A DNA stretch of 64,000 nt from Rebecca billardiae RCC1528 (lineage: Eukaryota; Protista; Haptophyta): positions 806,001 to 870,000 of the forward strand of contig OZ251227.1 of NCBI GenBank assembly GCA_965240325.2. Direction: 5' to 3'. Numbering within the stretch: the first letter of the stretch is position 1; each line of letters opens with the position of its first letter. Below, piece after piece: positions 49,197-57,110 of the stretch. The notes beneath the pieces are model-generated. The model searched no databases. It was not told where the DNA came from and worked only from the letters and a program-made list of their open reading frames with translations. Position numbers and translations under genes: made by a program.

Positions 49197-49648
49197 GTAC
49201 GACGATTACTAGTCGTACGCCTCTGCGCCTCGATTACTAGTCCAATTGTCGGCTGTCGCGGAAGCCCGTATACTTACGGACACGGTCTCGGGTGTGGCCG
49301 GGCGGGGTGCCTCTGCGCCTCGACGGGCAATGAGCTGCCGCTGGTGAATCGTGAATGACGGTCCGCTTCTCGTCAGGTGACGACGGTCCAGTACCGGATA
49401 ACGGTACCCGGTAGGCGTAGCCCGTGGCGCTCTGGCGGCGTCTGCAGTAAGCTAGGCACGTCCCGCATGGCGCTTCGCTTGGAGCAGCCCACGGGCGGCA
49501 CAGGCCCAACGGCTGTCGCCGGGTGATGATGTTGCGAGAGGGCCATCGTCGCTGACGAGGCTGTGCCGTGACCAATGTTTGTGCGTCCACCATCTTGCCC
49601 GCTCGCCAGTGGCGCTTTATGCAGATGCCTCACACCGTCACACGCCCA

Positions 49649-50074
49649 TCAGCTTGCAAAGCTAGGGAGGCTGCGTATGTACTGGTCGACGCTCTGCACG
49701 AAGAGCTCATTGTCGAGCGGTTCCCCCAGCTTGTACAGCGCGTTCTTGGAGGCGTACTCAACGTACAACCCGCCGTAGATGTGCCGCAGGCATTCGCGCA
49801 TGTCGCCCGCCTGCAGGTCTGTGTTGAGCACGAAACGCAGGCCGCTGGCTGTCTCGAAGTAGTTCAGCTTGAACTTGTTCGTCTGGCACGCGTGGAACCC
49901 TGGCATTCCATTTTGGGGCGTGAGCTTGTTCACGATCTGCTTCAATGAGAACAGGAAGCCGAACATTAGCTTCTGATCGGCCTCGGGCGTCTCGACCGTG
50001 CGGTGCGAGCGGTGCCACTCCCGGTAGAAGAGGCAAGCGCCATCGCGGTTAAAAATGTACATGTTGTAGATCAT
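49649..50074 (-). CDS. TRAPPC1: TRAPP complex subunit 1 (Bet5, sybindin-like), 141 aa
   Basis: MIYNMYIFNRDGACLFYREW, KLMFGFLFSLK, TNKFKLNYFETASGLRFVLNTD and LYVEYASKN are the typical Bet5/TRAPPC1 blocks; first ATG at 50074. Confidence 0.95.
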   Translation of the reverse strand: MIYNMYIFNRDGACLFYREWHRSHRTVETPEADQKLMFGFLFSLKQIVNKLTPQNGMPGFHACQTNKFKLNYFETASGLRFVLNTDLQAGDMRECLRHIYGGLYVEYASKNALYKLGEPLDNELFVQSVDQYIRSLPSFAS

Positions 50075-50267
50075 TAGGCCGCGGGCTCGGGTGGCTGGGC
50101 CCGCTCGCCGACGCCCGCTGGCCCGTGGCCGTCGGCGCCGGCGCCCGAGCACTCGAGCAGCGGGCGCTGCGCACGATGGCGGCGCGGCTTTCGCTCGCCC
50201 GTCCGTGGTCTAAAAAAATCAGCAGGGCAAAACATCATCGGCATCCGGCGGCCACATCCACGGCCGC
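50075..50267. promoter_or_regulatory. Compact bidirectional promoter region between TRAPPC1 and the FAM72-RING gene
   Basis: 193 bp between head-to-head ATGs; inferred from arrangement only. Confidence 0.5.
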
Positions 50268-51344
50268 ATGCTGCCCGCGGAGGGCGACGACGACTCGACC
50301 ACGACGCTCGGCGAGGATGCGCTCTCGCTGATGGATATGGATGACGACTCGCTCTTGCCGCTTGAGGAGCTGAGGCCGGGCGATCTCCCCGTGCATGTCC
50401 TGAGGTGCCGCGTGTGTGACCAGGTGTTGTGCCGCCGTGGCATGGACGTCGTCCTTCTCGCGGACTCGACAACGCACCTCTTCTCCACCGACTTCCTGAC
50501 GGCAGGTGTCGTGTCGTCGGGCCAGCCTCGTCGGTTTGAGATGTGCGAATGCCGCGTCGTGGATCTGCTGTGCGTGTCGTGCGTCGGCTCCACGCGCCCA
50601 AACAGCCGCACGAGTGCGCGCCGGATGAGCTCCCCTGTGGGCTACCATGTCATCGAGCCGTGCGCCTCGTGCCTGGAGGACAGCCACAACTCACACTACG
50701 TGTTGTTCCACTCGAATGCCGTCGCCGCCTCGCCATGGCCGACCGACGGCACCGTGCGGGCGGGCGACCCACGTCAGCTGACGTGGGAGGGCATCCGCGC
50801 GTTTGATGGCACGCACACGCCCATCGTGCTGGCGGCCGAGTGCCCGCCGGACCTGACGTGCCCCATCTGCCTCGGCGTGTTGCGCGACGCCGTGCGCACG
50901 CCGTGTGGTCACCGCTTCTGCCAGAGCTGCCTGGTTCGCTGCGTCGACAACTCGCGCTGCTGCCCAATGGACCGCCGCCCCGTGAGCCAGGAGGACATCT
51001 CGCCTGACGCCGATGCTCGCCTGGCCGTTGGGCGGCTGCTCGTACACTGCCGCTTCGGGTGCACGTGGCCTGGCTCGGCGCGCGTGGGCCGGCCGGTGAC
51101 GCGTTCGCAGCGTGCGCACTGCCACTGCCGCGACTGGGAGCTCGGCCGTGCACCCGATAGCTGGATACGCGCGCCGGATGGTTCGGGATGCCCCGCCGTC
51201 GTGCGGCTGGCGTTTGCGCGGCAGCACGAGCGCCGATGCGGCTTCCGCTGCGACTGCGTGTCTGCGCGATGCATCCCGTCGCCATCGCCACGCTCGCAGG
51301 CGCCTCAAGGCCAAACGGCCGCCGGGCCTGTCTGCCACCCGTGA
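50268..51344 (+). CDS. FAM72-domain protein fused to a C3HC4 RING finger and a TRAF-type zinc-finger-like segment, 358 aa
   Basis: FAM72 signatures CRVCDQVLCRRGMDVVLLAD...LFSTD, CECRVVDLLCVSC, VGYHVIEPCASCL...NSHYVLFHSNAV; RING CPIC...PCGHRFCQSC...CPMDR; then LLVHCRFGC...GCPAVV...QHERRCGF. Confidence 0.88.
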   Translation: MLPAEGDDDSTTTLGEDALSLMDMDDDSLLPLEELRPGDLPVHVLRCRVCDQVLCRRGMDVVLLADSTTHLFSTDFLTAGVVSSGQPRRFEMCECRVVDLLCVSCVGSTRPNSRTSARRMSSPVGYHVIEPCASCLEDSHNSHYVLFHSNAVAASPWPTDGTVRAGDPRQLTWEGIRAFDGTHTPIVLAAECPPDLTCPICLGVLRDAVRTPCGHRFCQSCLVRCVDNSRCCPMDRRPVSQEDISPDADARLAVGRLLVHCRFGCTWPGSARVGRPVTRSQRAHCHCRDWELGRAPDSWIRAPDGSGCPAVVRLAFARQHERRCGFRCDCVSARCIPSPSPRSQAPQGQTAAGPVCHP

Positions 51345-51701
51345 GGCTTGACTGGCACTTTACTCGGGTCGCACCCTGACGGGTGACTCAGCCTGGCGCC
51401 CTGGCCGTGAGTGAGCGTGAGTCAGCGGGCGTGAGTCGCGCCTGCCCTTACTCCTTAGAAACTGCTTTTGACACCGTTCACGGCACGGACATGGCCCGCT
51501 GACGCTGTCCCGCACGACACGGTCACACGCCAATCCTGTTGCACCCGGATCGGAGGAGCCTCCTAAGGCTGTCACAATGTGCTGAAATCAGTAGTGGCCG
51601 AAATGTCTGTGTACAGTGTAGTGTGTCCGAATGTCATGCCGACATGCGCCTCATGCGGTGACGATTATTAATCCGATATCGAAAATCGCGGCCGATGCGT
51701 C

Positions 51702-51823
51702 TCGGTCAGTGGTTTGAGGTTGGGTGAGGGTGGTGGTTGGTTGGGGGCTGGCCAGGGTAGGGCTGGAGGCTTCGGCCGCCAGCCTGATCACCCGGAGCCC
51801 GTTATAAAGGGGAATTTAAAAAA
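51702..51823 (+). repeat. Short terminal fragment of the 1474-bp element with an oligo-A end
   Basis: 51702-51819 is the reverse complement of 7716-7833 (1 mismatch seen), followed by aaaa and then cagc. Confidence 0.88.
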
Positions 51824-52189
51824 CAGCACTTCAGTAGCGCGTTTCGCAATAAGCAGTCGTCCGCCCTGACCACCTCGTTCCACTGCGTGGTCGGTGGTGC
51901 CTGGCATCACTTGAACTTACCTCAGCCTGTTCAGGCTGTTGGACACCCCGCAGCCTGCTCAGTCTGTAAGTCGCGACCGCGCGGGCTCTGGACCTCCGGC
52001 GGTCTGGTTCCTTTGCTGGATCCATCGTCACGGTTACGCCTGTGAACCCGGGGCGGAGTCCGGGAAATCTAGGGCCAGTGGCCACCGCACCCGGCCAACG
52101 TCGTCCTGACCACCAAGGTCCCACGGCGTCGAGTCGTCAACGGGTCGCGCGTGCGCTCTCGTGCGGACGACACCAGTACCCCCCGCGAC

Positions 52190-53533
52190 ATGGGGTCTGC
52201 GACTGATGGCTCGTCTGCGATGGTGGCGCTGAAGGCCGAGCTGGCCGCGGCTCACGCGCGGATCGCTGAGCTCGAGGCGATCGTCGCCAAAAACCAAGGC
52301 TCCGCAACCCCAGCGGGCCCAAGTCCCATTGCGTGCCCGCCCATAGCAGGGCCCGCCGGCGAAGCGGCTGGCCAGGTTGGGTTGGGGTCGCTCGTGAAAT
52401 CGCTCCCGGAGATATCGTTCACCTCGCCGCGGGGCAAGTTCGAGCCGCATATCCACGAGAGCGGCCTCGTGCTCAAGGGGAAGGCCTTCAGCCTTCAGAT
52501 CCCCGTGCGCGCGATCGTGCGCTGCTTGCAGCTCGACTTGGGCAATCGTGCTGGCCCGACGCTCGTGTTTCAGCTCAACTCGTCGCAGGTGGTGGCGGAG
52601 GGCTCGGCGCCCAAGAACGCGGTCGATTTCGTCCACTGGTCACCCAAGCCGACCGACGTCAACCTCCGCGCCGAGGTCGAGGCTGCGGGCGTCGCCTCGC
52701 ACTGGGTGGAGGCTGGCTCCAGCCCGTTCAAGCATGAGGGCAAGCCGTACGTCAAGTGCCACGTCAAGGCGTCCGAGGTGGTGCTCGTGCCGCTCGAGGA
52801 GTACTTCCTTGTCTTCGGGAAGCCCACCATCTGCGTCGCCTACGCGGAGGCGGAGATCGCCATCCCCGAGGCCGTGGGCGGGCGCAAGACGTTCGACATG
52901 GCGCTCACGGTCGCTGCGGGCGGTCAGCCGACCACCTGCGAGCTCTCAATGGTGCCGTCGGAGGCGCACGCGCGGCTTCTCGACTTTGTGCGCGAGAGGC
53001 AGCGGCTCGCGCAGAAACGGGCGGCGGCTGCCGCGAAGTCGAAGGCCGCTGGTGGCAAGGCCTCGGCGCCAGATGCGCAGGCGGCGCTGGCGGCCGACAG
53101 CTGCGGTGATGGTGCGCGAGCCCGAGCTGTTGGTGAAGAGGGGCTGGACGACGACGAGGAGGAGGAGGAGGAGGAGGAGGAGGAGGAGGGGGAGGAGGAG
53201 GAGGAGGACAGTGACGATCCGGAGAGCGACCAGGACTTCAACCCCATGGACGAGTCCGAGCCCGAAGAGGAGTACGACGAGCGCGGCGGGCCACCAACTG
53301 AGGACGAGGGAGGCGATGGAAACGGCGGTGCTGGTGCCGACGACGACGATGACGACAGCGAGGCTGCCGGAATCCAAGAGGATGATGATGGCGCCGACGG
53401 TCCCAGTCCAGCGGTCTGCGACGCCAACGTCGAAGGCGAGCAGTCGGCCGAAGAGGGCATGCGCGGTGAAGACAGAGATGGAGTGGACAATGACGATGGA
53501 CCAGCGCAGAAGGCACCGCGCATGGCTTTCTAA
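52190..53533 (+). CDS. Rtt106/SSRP1(Pob3) middle-domain-like tandem PH histone chaperone with long acidic tail, ~447 aa
   Basis: EISFTSPRGKFE...LKGK...IP resembles SSRP1 LTPRGRYDI...LHGK...KIP; VKCHVKASEVVLVPLEEYFLVFGKP...RKTFDM resembles CSYKASSGLLYPLERGFIYVHKP...RSFDF; D/E-rich tail; first ATG at 52190. Confidence 0.8.
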   Translation: MGSATDGSSAMVALKAELAAAHARIAELEAIVAKNQGSATPAGPSPIACPPIAGPAGEAAGQVGLGSLVKSLPEISFTSPRGKFEPHIHESGLVLKGKAFSLQIPVRAIVRCLQLDLGNRAGPTLVFQLNSSQVVAEGSAPKNAVDFVHWSPKPTDVNLRAEVEAAGVASHWVEAGSSPFKHEGKPYVKCHVKASEVVLVPLEEYFLVFGKPTICVAYAEAEIAIPEAVGGRKTFDMALTVAAGGQPTTCELSMVPSEAHARLLDFVRERQRLAQKRAAAAAKSKAAGGKASAPDAQAALAADSCGDGARARAVGEEGLDDDEEEEEEEEEEEGEEEEEDSDDPESDQDFNPMDESEPEEEYDERGGPPTEDEGGDGNGGAGADDDDDDSEAAGIQEDDDGADGPSPAVCDANVEGEQSAEEGMRGEDRDGVDNDDGPAQKAPRMAF

Positions 53534-53792
53534 CTAAGACTACTGTTAGTAATAGTAAGCTAGTAGCGGGCTAAAGTAGTAAAGTGTAGCCTGTCCGGTC
53601 CCCCTCCGCTGGCCACACATGAATCTGTCACAAGAGTCGGACCGCGAGCCTGATGGGCTAAATAATATTTAATAACTTAAATTATTAAGTGCGCCATGCC
53701 GCCATGCGGTCCCAACGACCAGTTACCACTGATGTGCACTTCAGACGACCGTCGATAATATTCGAATCGATGACGTCCTGACTCCTTAGCCT

Positions 53793-53794
<2 letters not shown>

Positions 53795-53844
<50 letters not shown>
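53795..53844. repeat. C50 homopolymer
   Basis: Read directly. Confidence 0.95.
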
Positions 53845-53848
<4 letters not shown>

Positions 53849-54122
53849 CTGGCTACGCAGTGTAGAGTCGGACAGCCTAAGCTACTGACTCCTCGGACGA
53901 CACGAGCCTGGTGAGCAAGGGCTGCAAGGCAGCAAGGCCGACGGCGACACCAGTCCTTCAAACCTGACTGACCGACGTCTGACCGACGTCACGACTTTGA
54001 AACTCGACGTGACTGAAATAATAGTAAAATCAGTCAAGACTCAAGAAGGGACGACGACAACGGACTACGGAGGCTGCGGCTGACCGTTGGTCGCGCCGCG
54101 GAGCGCGGCACGAGGTTGAACG

Positions 54123-55055
54123 ATGCCTGAGGAGGTATTGGTGCCGCTCCAGCTGCTCAGCTTTTCTTCAGAGAGCTCGGCGCACGCGGCTGCTGAGGCG
54201 CTTCGCGAGGAGAAGACGACCTGCTGGCAGACGGAGCACCCCGCCAAATCGGCTTGGATCCGCCTAGGGCTTCCGACCGGCTCCACCGTGTTGCGTGCGC
54301 AGCTCGACGGAGTGCGCGCAACCAGCCCCATGTGTTTCGTGTCCATTCTCGCATCGTCTGGCTCCGGCGACGAGAGGCCGCTCGTCGAGCGCAAACGAGC
54401 CGACGGCACTTCCCTCACGCTCTCCCTCCCGAAAGAGCCCGTCTCCAAAATCTGCGTCCGGCTCGACGCGCTGAAGCCTTCTACGTTCACAATTGCTCGC
54501 GTGCGGCTCTGGAGGGCTGCGACGGCGGAGGAAGCCAAGCTCCTTCGGCTCGAGCGCGAGAATGTCGCTTTGAAGCAGCGCCTAGCGCGCACACCGAGCG
54601 ATCCCGACTCTGCCGACGCTCTTCCGCAGAAGGCGCGTGCTCCCCTGCCCCTGTCAGATCGGATGGACGCGCCCACACAGCCGCTCTCCAGCATGCTGCA
54701 AGGCGTGGGTCCTTTCTGGAAATCGCGGGGCACAGATGGCGCTCCAGCCAAAGCCACGAAGCGCGCACGCGAGGCACCGTCTCGTGCAGATGGCGACGCG
54801 ATGGATGCCATCGAGCGTGGCGGCTCAGCACCGCGCCATGGGCTGCATGCGCACAGGCCCCAGCAGCATGATGATTGCGGCAGTGCAATCGATCTGGAGT
54901 CAGACGGCGACCACGGACACGATCCCCCGTCGCGCCCGCTCGGTGCTGATGTGCTGGGGTCGGGCGCTAGCCGCGCGTGCAGCAAGAGGGACCCGCCCAC
55001 GCCGTGTGCACGCTTCAATACGTTCAAGCACGTCGACGTGATCGACTTGTGCTGA
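54123..55055 (+). CDS. Hypothetical protein, 310 aa: XRCC1-N/discoidin (galactose-binding-like) N-terminal domain, short coiled coil, disordered tail with SIM-like motifs
   Basis: LLSFSSESSAHAAAEAL...TCWQT...AWIRLGL pattern; KLLRLERENVALKQRL coil; AIDLESD and terminal VDVIDLC. Domain call tentative. Confidence 0.65.
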   Translation: MPEEVLVPLQLLSFSSESSAHAAAEALREEKTTCWQTEHPAKSAWIRLGLPTGSTVLRAQLDGVRATSPMCFVSILASSGSGDERPLVERKRADGTSLTLSLPKEPVSKICVRLDALKPSTFTIARVRLWRAATAEEAKLLRLERENVALKQRLARTPSDPDSADALPQKARAPLPLSDRMDAPTQPLSSMLQGVGPFWKSRGTDGAPAKATKRAREAPSRADGDAMDAIERGGSAPRHGLHAHRPQQHDDCGSAIDLESDGDHGHDPPSRPLGADVLGSGASRACSKRDPPTPCARFNTFKHVDVIDLC

Positions 55056-56289
55056 CGAGCAGCAGTGTCCAGTGACGATTGATCACGATATTAGCTCGGC
55101 GGCTCGGATCATACAGTAGAGAGTACGAGAGTCGTCTGTGAACTCGTGGCAGTCGGAGACGGGAGAGTCGGAGAGAGAGACTAGTCTTAGAGAGAGAGCA
55201 GAGCTAGCACGGAGAACGATTTCATCGTCGTCATTTCGTGTCTTCGTGAGACAGTCAGCCAGACAGTAGCCTGGTCCGTGGTCGCCCTGGTCCAAACGCA
55301 CTGGAGCACTTTCGGGGATTTTATCGCCAAATGAATGCGGGCCCCTAGGCACGCGCTCACACCCGGAAACAGCGTAACAAATGGGCCCAGCCCGGGCGGA
55401 GCACAAGTTTCGGCCTAAAAATCGCATCCGCGGCCCGTCGTGAGCGTGCGCGCGCGCGCCGCGGACAACTACGGACACATAGAGAATCGTCAGTCTGAAT
55501 GTGGGTAAGTACTTAGCCTAAATGAGGCCAAACGCACGAACTTACTTATTGGCGTACGTCGAGGCGAGCATGAGCCTTGGTACAGGCCATTAGGATGGGC
55601 TCTGGTCTGTGCGCAAGTGGCAGTACTCAACTACTGCAAGATCGACTATATTACCCATTTGTACCCGCATATTATTGAAAATGTACCCATATAAATATGC
55701 GTCCAGGATCTGTATAATTACAATGCCACTATGTCGTTACATATTCGCCATAGGTGGGTAGCTGTCCCAGGCTGCACGATTAGTGCGGCGCTCGGGGTGC
55801 AGTGGTCGGACGAGGCTCCGCCTGGCCTTCCGCGCACTCCTGCAGACAAAGAGAGGGCCGGACTCCCACCCGGCCAGGCGTGCGGCAGTCGGTCAGGTGC
55901 TGGACCTGGTCTGGAGACCATCTCCTGCGTGGCGACTGGCCGATATGCGGCACAACGCGCGCCGCCGTGAGCCACACGGCAGGTTCGCAACGCATCACCG
56001 GATCGCATGTCCATGGCGGCGTGCATCGAGTCATTCAAGCTGTCAAGTCGCGTGCCAAGCCCGCCCTTTTACTTGGGGCATCAGTACTGCCTACAACGAC
56101 GACATGTGCGCCCTTAGATGAGGCATACTCGCGGTTCTAGCTGCCCGTCCAAGGGTCAGATCGCACGTCTTTGCTCGCCCGACAGCCTCAACGGCAGACT
56201 GATGTGATCCGCGGGTGACGATGCGACCGCTTCGAGTGCGCCTACGGCCACCACCGGGGTGGGGGTCGTTCATGGGCACCCTCCGCGTG

Positions 56290-56700
56290 CCATGACATGC
56301 TCTGGCCGTGCGTGGTGACTTGGCCCACCGCGCGTAAACGGGAAAGACACCCGAACACGTGCTTCCGAGCCACCCGAATGGCACAATGTGCCACCCATGG
56401 ACACCAAACACGTGCCAGAGCGCGCGCCTTGCGTGCTGGAGTAGCCGCACGACACCAAGGAAGACGTATGAGCGCTCTCCACCATCTTCAAGCGACGACT
56501 CTGTCGACTCTGCCTCGCAGACCGCGGTACGATCCTCGACCTTGTGCTCGCAGCAAAGGCCATGACAGTAAAGCAGCACCCAGGGGATGGGAGTCAGCCG
56601 GCAGCCACCACAATTTAACTGTACATACCCAGCCCCGCAAGACGAGCCATCCTGATCGCCCCCAGCCCGTCATACAGCTCCACGAGAAGCACAGATCGAC
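56290..56700 (-). pseudogene. Possible decayed C5 cytosine DNA methyltransferase fragment
   Basis: Ordered, frameshifted motif-like pieces: VLLVELYDGLGAIRMA (motif I), ADSHPLGAALLSWP, HKVEDRTAV, YVFLG/VSCGYSSTQGARSG (motif IV-like, no intact PC), PEHV (ENV-like). Confidence 0.28.
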
Positions 56701-57110
56701 TGCCGCCGCCCTGGGCGACCCATGCGCAAACGTGACGGGACTGGCCGGATGAAGCGTTGGCGATGCGCAGCGCGCCCAACGTTGGTGAAGGCATCGAGTG
56801 CACGCTAGGGGTAGGCTTAGGCCGACACGAGCAGTCGCGTGGCCCGCATCTGGCCCAAACTGGCCCGTCTCGAAGGCGCGGCGCAACCCAGCAGCTGAGC
56901 GTTCGACGCGCACCGTCGGGCGAGAAGTCGACCTGGCGACGGACCGCGGGCGGCGGAAGCAACGCAGACATGTCGCTCAAGGTGTGCACGCACACCGCCG
57001 GGGCACCCGATCGATGTGTCCAGCACTACACCTGACATGAGGCGGCGCAGTCGTCCAGTCGAGGCTCTCGAGCCCCTTCGACCTTCGTCGCGGCGAGCCG
57101 TCGGACGGCC

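Noticed and set aside
56440-56570. CEH...GERSY as a KDZ transposase motif
   Set aside because: Spacing too long and no downstream YD-x-x-C motif.
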